From assembly GCA_963698965.1 (NCBI GenBank), contig CAVOSY010000037.1:55141-119140 (forward strand): a stretch of DNA of 64,000 bases, in the 5' to 3' direction. The position numbers were made by a program, and so were the translations under genes. The notes beneath the pieces are model-generated. The model was not told the origin of the DNA. It saw only the letters and a program-made list of their open reading frames with translations, and searched no databases. This DNA is from an uncultured Actinomycetota bacterium (GTDB lineage: Bacteria > Actinomycetota > Actinomycetes > Mycobacteriales > Mycobacteriaceae). Numbering within the stretch: position 1 is the first letter of the stretch; every line of letters begins with the position of its first letter. This document shows, piece after piece, positions 28,543 to 38,335 of this stretch.

Positions 28543-29838
28543 TTGAGTCATCCCCTCGATCCCGTCGTGCGGTCCGGCACAGCCGGCATCGCGTCGGTGT
28601 GCTCGGCGCACCCCTTCGTCATCGAGGCGGCCCTCGAGCAGGCAAAAACCGGCGGTGAGGTCGTTTTGATCGAGGCCACCTCCAACCAGGTGGACCAGTT
28701 CGGTGGCTACACCGGTATGCGCCCGGCCGATTTCCGCAAGCTCGTCGAACGCATCGCGCACCACGTCGGGTTCCCGGTCGACCGCATCGTGCTCGGCGGA
28801 GACCACCTCGGTCCCAACCGATGGCGTTCGCTGCCTGCCGAAACGGCCATGTCGCACGCCGATGAACTGGTGCGAAGCTATGTCTTGGCCGGATACACCA
28901 AACTCCATCTGGATTGCAGCTATCCCTGCGCCGACGACATCGGACCTCTCACCGACGATGTCGTCGCCGCCCGAGCAGCCCGCATGCTCGGGGCCGCCGA
29001 AGCAGAGGCGGCGCGGATCGGGCTGGCCGGGCGGTTGCGCTATGTCATCGGAACCGAGGTGCCCGCCCCCGGCGGTTCGACGCACGAAATCGACGAACTC
29101 GTGCCGACCACGGCCGATAGTGCGCGAAACACGCTGCGGGCCCACCGTCTTGCTTTCGATCGTGCGGGCCTGGGCCATGCGTGGCCTCAGGTGATGGCGC
29201 TTGTTGTGCAGCCGGGGGTCGAGTTCGATCACCTGCACGTCGTCAACTACCGGGCCGGCGCCGCCGGTTCCCTGCGCGACGTGCTTGACGACGAGCCGTC
29301 GATGACGTTCGAGGCGCACTCCACCGACTACCAAACACCCAGTGCCCTAACGTCTTTGGTCTCAGATGGCTGGCGGGTGCTCAAGGTCGGCCCGGGATTG
29401 ACCTTCGCGATGCGCGAGGCGCTGTTCGCGCTGGTCTCCGTCGAGAACGAGCTTGTGGCGCCGGCGGAGCGCTCCGATCTGCCGGCCATCGTGGAGCGCA
29501 GGATGCTGGCCGCGCCCGAACACTGGGAACGCTATTGCCCCGGCAATGCCGACGAGCAGTACATCGCCCGCCGATACAGCTACAGCGACCGGATGCGTTA
29601 CTACTGGGCCGACCGAGAGATCGAAACCGCTGTGCACACCTTGCTCGACAATCTGCGAGCGCGCGTCGTGCCGGAGCCGGTGCTCAGCGCGTTTCTGCCC
29701 GAGCAGTACGACCGGATCCGCGCGGGTGTGCTCTCGGCCGACCCGAAAGACCTTGTCGTCGACCGCATCCGAGGCGTCCTTCGCGTCTACGCCGAAGCCT
29801 GCGGACAGGACAAGGTAGCCTGTCGCGCCCTTATCTGA
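28543..29838 (+). CDS. GatZ/KbaZ-family protein (probable tagatose-6-phosphate 4-epimerase)
   Basis: GAAAGGAGG RBS; SVCSAHP, IEATSNQVDQFGGYTGM, LGGDHLGP, FEAHSTDYQ, KVGPGLTF, YSYSDRMRYYW. Confidence 0.92.
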   Translation: MSHPLDPVVRSGTAGIASVCSAHPFVIEAALEQAKTGGEVVLIEATSNQVDQFGGYTGMRPADFRKLVERIAHHVGFPVDRIVLGGDHLGPNRWRSLPAETAMSHADELVRSYVLAGYTKLHLDCSYPCADDIGPLTDDVVAARAARMLGAAEAEAARIGLAGRLRYVIGTEVPAPGGSTHEIDELVPTTADSARNTLRAHRLAFDRAGLGHAWPQVMALVVQPGVEFDHLHVVNYRAGAAGSLRDVLDDEPSMTFEAHSTDYQTPSALTSLVSDGWRVLKVGPGLTFAMREALFALVSVENELVAPAERSDLPAIVERRMLAAPEHWERYCPGNADEQYIARRYSYSDRMRYYWADREIETAVHTLLDNLRARVVPEPVLSAFLPEQYDRIRAGVLSADPKDLVVDRIRGVLRVYAEACGQDKVACRALI

Positions 29839-29968
29839 AAGATCACCCGATCAAGCGGTGGTCGACCCTCGGCGGGATCTGGCCCCCCGCCCGCGACGCC
29901 GTCCCACGTGTCGTGGTCGCTACCCTCTCCGGCCTTGGGCCGGATTACTGACAGCGGTCGACCGGAAC

Positions 29969-31030
29969 TCAGGCCTTCGTCAGTGCCTCGTCCTCGTCGG
30001 CCGTATCGGCCCGCGGGATATCGGTGCCGCCGGGCAGCGACGGGATTCGCGTGGCGCGCACGTAGACCGTGTCGCCTTCCTTCAGCCCGAGCGCCTCGGC
30101 GTCGCCGCGGGTGATCTGGGCCGTGAACGGCGTATGGTCGGCCGCACTGGTCAGCTCCACGCGAACCTCGAAGCCCAGCACGACAATTCGATCAATGGTG
30201 GCCCGCACCACGCCTGTGGCCCGAACGGAGTCATCGTCGCCTGCGATCGCCATCTCGGGATTGCGACCGACGCGAATGTCGTGCGGCCGGACCAGCGAGC
30301 CGTTGAGCGACGACACCGCACCAAGGAACGACATCACGAACGCGTTGGCGGGCGTGTCGTAAACAGCCGTCGGTGAGCCAACCTGTTCGATCCGCCCCTT
30401 GTTGAGCACCGCGACGCGGTCCGCGACATCGAGAGCCTCCGCCTGGTCGTGGGTGACCAAGACGGTGGTGACGTGCACCTCGTCGTGCAGCCTGCGTAGC
30501 CAGGCCCGCAGGTCCTCGCGCACCTTTGCGTCCAGCGCACCGAACGGCTCGTCCAGTAGCAGCACATGCGGGTCGACAGCGAGCGCGCGCGCCAGCGCCA
30601 TGCGCTGACGCTGTCCGCCGGAAAGCTGATTGGGATAGCGCGTCTGAAAACCGGCAAGCCCCACCACTTCCAGAAGGTTGTCGACCTTCTCCTTGATCTC
30701 CGCCTTGGGCCGCTTGCGGATCTTCAGCCCGAAGGCGACGTTGTCGCGCACGGTCAGGTGCTTGAACGCCGCGTAGTGCTGGAACACGAACCCGATGCCG
30801 CGCCGCTGTGGCGGCACATGCGTGACGTCACGCCCGTTGATCGTGATGCTGCCGGTATCCGGTAGGTCGAGACCGGCGATGGCCCGCAACAGTGTCGACT
30901 TGCCGGAGCCGCTCGGCCCCAGCAATGCGGTCAGTGAGCCCGACGGCACCTCGAAGTCGACGTTGTCCAGCGCCGCGAAGTCGCCGTAGTGCTTGTTGGC
31001 ACCCCGCACGATGATTGCCGCGTCGGTCAT
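29969..31030 (-). CDS. cysA: Sulfate ABC transporter ATP-binding protein
   Basis: [23 protein letters not shown]; TOBE C-terminus; operon position. Confidence 0.95.
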   Translation of the reverse strand: MTDAAIIVRGANKHYGDFAALDNVDFEVPSGSLTALLGPSGSGKSTLLRAIAGLDLPDTGSITINGRDVTHVPPQRRGIGFVFQHYAAFKHLTVRDNVAFGLKIRKRPKAEIKEKVDNLLEVVGLAGFQTRYPNQLSGGQRQRMALARALAVDPHVLLLDEPFGALDAKVREDLRAWLRRLHDEVHVTTVLVTHDQAEALDVADRVAVLNKGRIEQVGSPTAVYDTPANAFVMSFLGAVSSLNGSLVRPHDIRVGRNPEMAIAGDDDSVRATGVVRATIDRIVVLGFEVRVELTSAADHTPFTAQITRGDAEALGLKEGDTVYVRATRIPSLPGGTDIPRADTADEDEALTKA

Positions 31031-31043
31031 TTCTCTCGTCTCC

Positions 31044-31862
31044 TTATGCCTGCTTGCTCGCGCCGGAGCGGCGAGCGTCGAGGACCAACTGAACGATCAG
31101 GACGATCACGGCGACCGCCATCAGCAACGTGGACACGGCGTAGGCACCGTATTCATTGTTGCGGTTGTATCGGTCCGCCACCAATAATGTGAGCGTTTGT
31201 GACTGCCCCGGCAGGTTCGACGACACCATGATGACCCCGCCGAACTCACCGAGCGTGCGCGCGACCGTCAGCACAACGCCGTAGGTCAGGCCCCACCGGA
31301 TCGACGGAAGAGTGACTTTCCAGAAGGTCTGCCACCATTGCGATCCCAGCGTCGCGGCGGCCTCCTCCTGGTCGGTGCCGATCTCATGCAGCACCGGTTC
31401 GACTTCACGGATCACGAACGGCACGGTGACAAAGATGCTCGCCAGGACGATGCCCGGGAAGCCGAAGATGATCTTCAGGCCGAGGTTGTTCTCGACGAAC
31501 CCGAATAGTCCCGCCGATCCCCACAGCAGGATGAGCGAGACACCCACCACGACGGGCGACACCGCAAAGGGCAGGTCGATAACCGCCTGCAGGATGTTTT
31601 TGCCGCGGAACCTGTTGCGCGCCAACACCAATGCCGTCGGCACGCCGAACAGGACATTGAGCGGCACGACGATCGCGACCACGAGCAGCGACAGCTCCAG
31701 CGCCGACACCGCCGCCGGTGTGCTGATCGAAGCGAAGAACTCCCCGATGCCGGGCTGGAACGTCCGCCACAGAATCAGGCCGACGGGCACGATGACCAGG
31801 ATCCCGACATAGGCCAGCGCCAGGTACCGCAGCAGATGCCGGACGGCTGGTGACAATGTCAT
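31044..31862 (-). CDS. cysW: Sulfate ABC transporter permease CysW
   Basis: [27 protein letters not shown]. Confidence 0.95.
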   Translation of the reverse strand: MTLSPAVRHLLRYLALAYVGILVIVPVGLILWRTFQPGIGEFFASISTPAAVSALELSLLVVAIVVPLNVLFGVPTALVLARNRFRGKNILQAVIDLPFAVSPVVVGVSLILLWGSAGLFGFVENNLGLKIIFGFPGIVLASIFVTVPFVIREVEPVLHEIGTDQEEAAATLGSQWWQTFWKVTLPSIRWGLTYGVVLTVARTLGEFGGVIMVSSNLPGQSQTLTLLVADRYNRNNEYGAYAVSTLLMAVAVIVLIVQLVLDARRSGASKQA

Positions 31863-32743
31863 GGCGCCAGCTCCTCACGCTTGGCCGCCCTCGATCCGAC
31901 GGCGCGCAGGATGAACAGCACGACGAATGAAACCACCAGCAGAACAATGGAAATCGCGGCGGCACCGGTGGGGTCGTCGTTTTCGATCAGTGTCCGGATC
32001 CACTGGGACGACACTTCGGTCTCGCCGGGCACCGCACCACCGATCAGCACGACCGAGCCGAACTCGCCGATCGCACGCGAAAACGCCAGGCCCGCTCCGG
32101 ACAACAGTGACGGCAACAGCGCGGGCAGGATCACCTGAGTGAAGATCGTCCAGTTGTTGGCGCCGAGGGAGGCGGCGGCCTCCTCCGTCTCTCGGTCGAG
32201 TTCCAACAGGACCGGCTGCACAGAGCGCACCACGAACGGCAGCGTGACGAACAGCAGTGCAACGCCCACACCCCATTTGGTGTGCTGCAGGTGAAGGTCC
32301 ACCGGGCTGTTCGGCCCGTACAGCGCGAGCATCACCAAGCTCGCGACGATGGTCGGCAGCGCGAACGGCAGGTCGATCACGGAGTCGACGAGCCTCTTAC
32401 CGGGAAAGTCGTCGCGGGTGAGCACCCACGCCACCAACAGTCCGAAGACGAGGTTGATCAGCGTCACACCCGTCGAGATCGTCAGTGTCACACGGAACGA
32501 CTCCAGCGCCGCATTGGAGGTGACTGCGAGCCAGAACGCGTGCCAACCGCCGCCCGCGGATTGCCACACGATCGCGGCGAGCGGCAGCAGCACGATGATG
32601 CTGAGCCAGATCGACGCGGCCCCAACTCGCAGCGACGTCGTCCCATACCGGCCGCCGAAAAGGCTGGGCGCCCGCCCGCCCTCACCGTTGTCGGTGAGTT
32701 CGGGCCGGGTCGCCTCCGGATTGGGTTCGACGGTAGCCGTCAT
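31859..32743 (-). CDS. cysT: Sulfate ABC transporter permease CysT
   Basis: IDLPFALPTIVA, EEAAASLGA, SRAIGEFGSV. Confidence 0.95.
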   Translation of the reverse strand: MTATVEPNPEATRPELTDNGEGGRAPSLFGGRYGTTSLRVGAASIWLSIIVLLPLAAIVWQSAGGGWHAFWLAVTSNAALESFRVTLTISTGVTLINLVFGLLVAWVLTRDDFPGKRLVDSVIDLPFALPTIVASLVMLALYGPNSPVDLHLQHTKWGVGVALLFVTLPFVVRSVQPVLLELDRETEEAAASLGANNWTIFTQVILPALLPSLLSGAGLAFSRAIGEFGSVVLIGGAVPGETEVSSQWIRTLIENDDPTGAAAISIVLLVVSFVVLFILRAVGSRAAKREELAP

Positions 32744-33771
32744 CCAGTTGCCTGCTTGTAGATCTTCGTGATGCTGCCGTTGTCCTTATCGAACAATGCA
32801 GGATCCACCGCCGTCCAGCCACCCAGATCGTCGATCGTCCACAACTTCTGCGGCGTCGGGAAATCGGTCGCGAAGTCCGCCGCCACTGACGGATCGACGG
32901 GCCGGAAGCCGGCCTGGGCCCAGATCTTCTGTCCTTCCTTGGTGAACAGGTAGTTCTTCAGCGCGGTGGCCTTGTCGAGGTGCGCACTGGAGGTCACCAC
33001 GGCGACAGGGTTCTCGATCTTGAACGTCTGCGGCGGGTTGATGTGCTCGACCGGCTTGCCCTGCCGCTCGGTGTTGATGGCCTCGTTCTCGTAGCTGATC
33101 AGCACGTCGCCCGTGCCTTGCAGGAACACGTCGGTGGCTTCGCGGCCCGAACCCGGACGCGTCTTGACGTGCTCGGTGACCAGCTTGTTGACGTAGTCCA
33201 GCCCGGCCTGGGGGTCCTTGCCGCCGTCGCTCTTCGCGGCGTACGGCGCCAGCAGGTTCCACTTGGCGGAGCCGGAGCTCAACGGGCTCGGGGTGACGAC
33301 CTCGAGCCCGGGCTGCAGCAGGTCGTCCCAGTCCTTGATGTTCTTCGGGTTGCCCTTGCGTACGACGAGCGAAACCACGGAGCCGAACGGGATGCCCTTT
33401 GTCGTATCGGCGTTCCAAGACTTGTCCACCTTGTTGGCCTTGACCAGCCGGGTGACGTCGGGCTCCACCGAGAAGTTGACGATGTCGGCGGGCTTGCCGT
33501 CGACGACAGCGCGCGACTGATCCCCCGACGCGCCGTAAGACGTGGTCACGGCGACGCCCTTGCCCTCCGGGGTGGCGGCGAAGGCCGGGATGATCTTGCT
33601 CCAGCCGGGCTCCGGCACCGCGTAGGCGACAAGCGTCAGCGTCGTCTCAGCGGCGGGCTGATTGCCGCCCCCGGCGACGTCGCTTGATCCGCCACCACCG
33701 CACGCCGCCAGCAGCGTCGCTGTGACAGCCAGGGCGGCGGCGGGCCGCCAGGACTTGCGAATGTTGAGCAT
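32740..33771 (-). CDS. subI: Sulfate-binding lipoprotein SubI/Sbp
   Basis: LLAAC lipobox, SYGASGDQSR, TPSPLSSGSAKWN, YENEA. Confidence 0.95.
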   Translation of the reverse strand: MLNIRKSWRPAAALAVTATLLAACGGGGSSDVAGGGNQPAAETTLTLVAYAVPEPGWSKIIPAFAATPEGKGVAVTTSYGASGDQSRAVVDGKPADIVNFSVEPDVTRLVKANKVDKSWNADTTKGIPFGSVVSLVVRKGNPKNIKDWDDLLQPGLEVVTPSPLSSGSAKWNLLAPYAAKSDGGKDPQAGLDYVNKLVTEHVKTRPGSGREATDVFLQGTGDVLISYENEAINTERQGKPVEHINPPQTFKIENPVAVVTSSAHLDKATALKNYLFTKEGQKIWAQAGFRPVDPSVAADFATDFPTPQKLWTIDDLGGWTAVDPALFDKDNGSITKIYKQATG

Positions 33772-33887
33772 TGGTGACCTTTCCTTGCAGGGGACTAACG
33801 GGTAGCCCGTCACGACGGCAAGGCGAGGGATCAGTACCTGGGCATCAAACAGCCACTACCGACACCAAACCGCGGATGGGTATGGAG

Positions 33888-33980
33888 TCAGCGACAACAA
33901 CAGACATCAGCGACAGCACTGAATCCCACGGCAATGAGGGCCAGGACGTGGCCGCTCTTGTTGCCGGACGCTGTCTGCAT
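33888..33980 (-). CDS. Leaderless Cys-rich leader peptide upstream of subI (30 aa)
   Basis: TATTCT -10, 7 nt, ATG; MQTASGNKSGHVLALIAVGFSAVADVCCCR. Confidence 0.85.
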   Translation of the reverse strand: MQTASGNKSGHVLALIAVGFSAVADVCCCR

Positions 33981-34033
33981 GGCGCGAAGAATAACAGAGT
34001 CTGGCAACGCGCTCAGGTCGGGCCTTAGCGCAT

Positions 34034-34120
34034 TTAACGAGTTAGCAACCAGGTGACGATCACCAGCACCACGAGAATGACCAGCACCAAGGTCACCCGA
34101 GAGCGCGGCATTCCGCTCAT
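34034..34120 (-). CDS. Very small membrane protein (28 aa)
   Basis: MSGMPRSRVTLVLVILVVLVIVTWLLTR; TGATG overlap with upstream ORF. Confidence 0.65.
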   Translation of the reverse strand: MSGMPRSRVTLVLVILVVLVIVTWLLTR

Positions 34121-34314
34121 CAGTCCTCGTCCTCGGATTGGTGGCGCGCCCGCCGCAGCAGCCGAATCCCGTTGCCGAGCGCGCCATCGAGAAGGATGGC
34201 GATGCCGTACGCCAGCGCGAGCACGACGGGCATCACCACCGCGGTTTGGGCAACGAACGGCAGGCCGGACAGCCACAGTTCGACGCCGTCCCACCAGTTG
34301 AGGAAGCCGCCCAC
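34120..34314 (-). CDS. Small membrane protein (Rv2401A-like)
   Basis: MGGFLNWWDGVELWLSGLPFVAQ...; conserved position between subI and trehalase. Confidence 0.8.
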   Translation of the reverse strand: MGGFLNWWDGVELWLSGLPFVAQTAVVMPVVLALAYGIAILLDGALGNGIRLLRRARHQSEDED

Positions 34315-34540
34315 CCGGCCAGACTATTCGACGCGAATATGTCCGAGCGCCGGCCGACGCCGACCGGATCGAGAAGACCACCTGCGTCGTTGCCGGTTCT
34401 CCACAGCCGGGTCATCGCTGTCGCCGCATCAGCAGGTCAGCCGAACATGTGCCGGAGTTTGCCCGGCGCTGAACCGAACGCCACCGGACACGCGTCGGCA
34501 CGAGTGGACGCCGGGCCGCCCGGCGGTCGATGATGTCCGC

Positions 34541-36571
34541 ATGGTCCTGCAACAAACCGAGCCTTCCGACGGGGCCCCTGAGGCCAAGGGAGCGCTGGCC
34601 GTTCAAGAAGGCGAGGCGGAAGCCCCGTTCACCGTGACGGCACCGGTCCCGTACGCCGGCAGCGGGTTGCGGAACCCCTTTCCCCCGATCGCTGACTATG
34701 CGTTCCTGTCCGACTGCGAGAACACCTGCCTGATCTCGTCGGCCGGTTCGGTGGAATGGCTGTGCGTCCCCCGTCCGGACTCCGCGAGTGTCTTCGGCGC
34801 GATCCTCGACCGCGGCGCGGGCCACTTCCGGCTGGGCCCGTACGGCGTTTCGGTGCCCGCCGCGCGCCGGTACCTGCCGGGCAGCCTGATCCTGGAGACC
34901 ACCTGGCAGACCCACACCGGCTGGGTGATCGTGCGCGACGCGCTGGTGATGGGGCCGTGGCACGACATCGACGCGCGGTCGCGCACGCATCGCCGTACGC
35001 CGATGGACTGGGACGCCGAGCACATCCTGCTGCGCACGGTGCGATGTGTGAGCGGCACGGTCGAGTTGGTGATGAACTGCGAGCCGGCTTTCGACTACCA
35101 CCGCATCCCCGCTACGTGGGAGTACTCGGCCCAGGCCTACGGCGAGTCGATCGCCCGTGCCAGCCGCGACCCCGACGCGCATCCGACGCTGCGCCTGACC
35201 ACTAACCTGCGGCTGGGACTGGAGGGCCACGAGGCGCGGGCACGCACCCGAATGAAGGAGGGCGACAACGTCTTCGTCGCGCTGTCCTGGTCCAAGCATC
35301 CGGTTCCGCAGACCTACGACGAGGCCGCCGACAAGATGTGGCAGACCAGCGAGTGCTGGCGGCAGTGGATCAACATCGGTGAATTTCCGGACCACCCGTG
35401 GCGGTCGTACCTGCAGCGCAGCGCGCTCACACTGAAGGGCCTGACGTACTCGCCGACTGGGGCGCTGTTGGCGGCGCCCACCACGTCGCTGCCGGAAACC
35501 CCTCAGGGCGAACGAAATTGGGACTACCGGTACGGGTGGGTGCGCGATTCGACGTTCGCATTGTGGGGCCTCTACACACTGGGCCTGGACCGTGAGGCCG
35601 ACGACTTCTTCGCGTTCATCGCCGACGTGTCCGGAGCCAATAACGGTGAGCGCCATCCGCTTCAGGTGATGTACGCCGTCGGCGGTGAGCGCAGCCTGGT
35701 CGAAGAGGAGCTGCACCACCTGTCGGGTTACGACAACGCCCGCCCGGTGCGCATCGGCAACGGCGCCTACAACCAGATGCAGCACGACATCTGGGGCACA
35801 ATGCTGGACTCGGTCTATCTGCACGCCAAGTCGCGCGAGCATATCTCCGACACGCTGTGGCCGGTGCTCAAGCAACAGGTCGAGGAGGCGATCAAACACT
35901 GGCGCGAACCCGACCGCGGCATCTGGGAGGTGCGCGGCGAGCCCCAGCACTTCACCTCGTCGAAGATCATGTGCTGGGTCGCGCTGGACCGCGGATCCAA
36001 ACTGGCCGAACTCCAGGGCGAGAAGTCCTACGCCCAACAGTGGCGTGCGATCGCCGAGGAGATCAAGGCCGACATCCTGGCCAACGGCGTCGACTCCCGC
36101 GGCGTGCTCACCCAGCGCTACGGCGACGACGCGCTGGACGCCTCCCTGCTGCTGGCCATCCTGACCCGCTTCCTGCCAGCCGATGACCCGCGGGTGCGCG
36201 CGACGGTGCTGGCCATCGCCGACGAGCTGACAGAGGAAGGCCTCGTGTTGAGGTACCGCGTCGAGGAAACCGACGACGGCCTGTCGGGCGAGGAAGGCAC
36301 GTTCACGATCTGCTCGTTCTGGCTGGTGTCGGCGCTGGTCGAGATCGGCGAGATCCACCGGGCCAAACACCTGTGCGAGCGGCTGTTGTCGTTCGCGAGC
36401 CCCTTGCACCTCTACGCGGAGGAGATCGAGCCGCGCACGGGCAGGCACCTGGGCAACTTCCCGCAGGCGTTCACCCACCTGGCTTTGATCAACGCGGTCG
36501 TGCACGTCATCCGGGCTGAGGAAGAGGCCGACAGCTCCGGCGTGTTCGTGCCTGCCAACGCCCCGATGTAG
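34541..36571 (+). CDS. GH15 glycoside hydrolase (trehalase, Rv2402-like)
   Basis: PIADYAFLSDC, RNWDYRYGWVRD, GIWEVRG, YAEEI...LGNFPQAFTHL. Confidence 0.93.
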   Translation: MVLQQTEPSDGAPEAKGALAVQEGEAEAPFTVTAPVPYAGSGLRNPFPPIADYAFLSDCENTCLISSAGSVEWLCVPRPDSASVFGAILDRGAGHFRLGPYGVSVPAARRYLPGSLILETTWQTHTGWVIVRDALVMGPWHDIDARSRTHRRTPMDWDAEHILLRTVRCVSGTVELVMNCEPAFDYHRIPATWEYSAQAYGESIARASRDPDAHPTLRLTTNLRLGLEGHEARARTRMKEGDNVFVALSWSKHPVPQTYDEAADKMWQTSECWRQWINIGEFPDHPWRSYLQRSALTLKGLTYSPTGALLAAPTTSLPETPQGERNWDYRYGWVRDSTFALWGLYTLGLDREADDFFAFIADVSGANNGERHPLQVMYAVGGERSLVEEELHHLSGYDNARPVRIGNGAYNQMQHDIWGTMLDSVYLHAKSREHISDTLWPVLKQQVEEAIKHWREPDRGIWEVRGEPQHFTSSKIMCWVALDRGSKLAELQGEKSYAQQWRAIAEEIKADILANGVDSRGVLTQRYGDDALDASLLLAILTRFLPADDPRVRATVLAIADELTEEGLVLRYRVEETDDGLSGEEGTFTICSFWLVSALVEIGEIHRAKHLCERLLSFASPLHLYAEEIEPRTGRHLGNFPQAFTHLALINAVVHVIRAEEEADSSGVFVPANAPM

Positions 36572-36666
36572 GGACGGTGGCGTCCGGATGACGGGTCGGT
36601 AGCGCTTCTGGATCACCGCGGGTCAATGCCTTGTCGACCGCGGCCTCGTCACGCACGATGGCATCC

Positions 36667-36930
36667 ATGAGCTATCGCGCAGGGGACGAGTCATCGCGTC
36701 GAGTGATCGACGTTGCCATCGGAATCCTCATCGGGCTGCGCGGCTGCTCCGATATCGAGGCGTTCGACGAACTGGTACGCGTGGTGCATCAAACCGGGGT
36801 CGGCATCGGACGGCTGGCCGCCGGATTGGTGGCGCTGGCAAGCGGTTCGTCCTCTGCCGAGCATGCCGAGGCGTACGCCGTGTGGGGTGAGCTGTTGCGG
36901 CGCGATGGCCTAGTGCACGCGGGAGTTTAG
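36667..36930 (+). CDS. ANTAR-domain-only protein
   Basis: VIDVAIGILIGLRGCSDIEAFDELVRVVHQTG = ANTAR IxxAxGIL...AF..L pattern. Confidence 0.8.
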   Translation: MSYRAGDESSRRVIDVAIGILIGLRGCSDIEAFDELVRVVHQTGVGIGRLAAGLVALASGSSSAEHAEAYAVWGELLRRDGLVHAGV

Positions 36931-38175
36931 GTAGATCGCGAAGTCGACGATGAGCGGCGCCGGCCTGGCCAGTGCGACCGGGGTCAGCCGGCTGTTCGAG
37001 TCGTCGCGGGCGACACCGGTGATCACCCGTCCGCCCAGCCCATTCGGTGTCGCAGGCACCGTCGCGGTGAGAAGCACGCCGTCCCGCCCCGGTCGCGGCC
37101 GGACATAGAACTCGGTGCCGGGTTCGACGGGACCGGTCACCTTCCGTCCAGCGGCGTCGACGATGGTCGCGTCGACGGCCGTCAGCGCTGCGCTGTCGAT
37201 GGCCTGCAGTCGGAGCGGGCCAATCAGGCCATCGACGAATGTCGCGTCATCGGTGCGGATTTCGGCGGGAACGGCGCTTGCGCGCGCCCGTTGTGCGCCG
37301 GCCAGCAAGTAGTCGTACAGGTGCACGATGCGGTGCGGGTTGCGGTACGTCGCCGAGCGGTTCAGCCAGAACCCGACCTCCCCGACGACGACCGCGGAAT
37401 CGGCGAGGGTGACGAGTCGGTAGTACCGGTAGCCCTCACCGCCGCGGCCGTGCCCGCTACGCGACACCGTGCTTCCGACACCGAGTGCCTTGCGGTGGGT
37501 GCCCTTACCCGCCTCGACGTTCAAGCCGGAGGCGGCCACGTCGCGCCAGTTGCGACCGTCGACCGACTTCTGCAGGATCAGTGACACCGCGCTGCGTGAC
37601 GCGAGTTCGACTGAGTAGCCGCCCAATTCGAGCTCTCCCGCGAACGCGAAGAATATGCCGTTGGCGGTGCGGCGCTCGGCGACCGGCACGTTCAGCGGGC
37701 GGTTGTCGAGGTTCAGGTCATTGGTGAAGTGCCAGATCGCGGCCTGCGTCGCGGCGATGGCCTCATGGTCGGTGATGTGGCCTGCGCCGAGCGGGTAGCC
37801 GGCGGCGCGCAGCCTGCGGCTCAGTTCCGCCGGCCGGAGCGCGGGAAACGAGTTGCGCAGGATCCAATCGACTTCCGCCTCGTGGGCGCGGGTGCGCAGG
37901 TTCGGCACTGCGGACCACGTCGCCGCGCGGTAGTGCGCGGGCTTGGTAGGCGCGTGTCCGGTGAAGTCCAGTGAGTAGGCCTCGATGTTCGGGTTGAGCC
38001 GGATGAGGTCAGTGCGCGCCTTGGAGCCGTCGGTGAACACGACGGTGTCGACGGTGTGCGAGTAGGTGCCGCCGCGATACCGGGTCATCCGCGCGATATC
38101 GACGTCGCGGGCGCGGACGTGCCGCCGCACCGAGACGGGCAGGCGAGCAGGCCTTGGCAGGGAAAGAACGGTCAT
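36910..38175 (-). CDS. TQXA/thioester-domain-like protein with Ser at the thioester Cys position
   Basis: AYSLDF, WILRNSFP, ATQAAIWHFT, YDYLL; discoidin-like LQKSVDGRNW...YRYYRL insert; no signal peptide. Confidence 0.82.
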   Translation of the reverse strand: MTVLSLPRPARLPVSVRRHVRARDVDIARMTRYRGGTYSHTVDTVVFTDGSKARTDLIRLNPNIEAYSLDFTGHAPTKPAHYRAATWSAVPNLRTRAHEAEVDWILRNSFPALRPAELSRRLRAAGYPLGAGHITDHEAIAATQAAIWHFTNDLNLDNRPLNVPVAERRTANGIFFAFAGELELGGYSVELASRSAVSLILQKSVDGRNWRDVAASGLNVEAGKGTHRKALGVGSTVSRSGHGRGGEGYRYYRLVTLADSAVVVGEVGFWLNRSATYRNPHRIVHLYDYLLAGAQRARASAVPAEIRTDDATFVDGLIGPLRLQAIDSAALTAVDATIVDAAGRKVTGPVEPGTEFYVRPRPGRDGVLLTATVPATPNGLGGRVITGVARDDSNSRLTPVALARPAPLIVDFAIYLNSRVH

Positions 38176-38266
38176 GCGGGTTGACTTTCTGGGCTCTGAA
38201 CAACGCGTATCGGCGCACCGCCGGATATGGGCGGGCCTTTAACGCAGGGAGAACGGCGTCAGAAAA

Positions 38267-38335
38267 TCAACAACAACAACAGCGCACGTCGAGGAGGCGC
38301 GCGGGACGATGACGCAGCGGCGTCAGCTGTTGCAT
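38267..38335 (-). CDS. Leaderless poly-Cys leader peptide (22 aa) upstream of the TQXA gene
   Basis: TATGGT -10, 6 nt, ATG; MQQLTPLRHRPARLLDVRCCCC; four TGT codons then TGA. Confidence 0.85.
   Translation of the reverse strand: MQQLTPLRHRPARLLDVRCCCC

Noticed and set aside
34412-36616. 734-aa antisense ORF (and similar long shadow ORFs such as 16898-18079, 3456-4466, 59315-60493)
   Set aside because: Antisense to well-supported genes; stop-poor frames are expected at this GC content; no recognisable motifs
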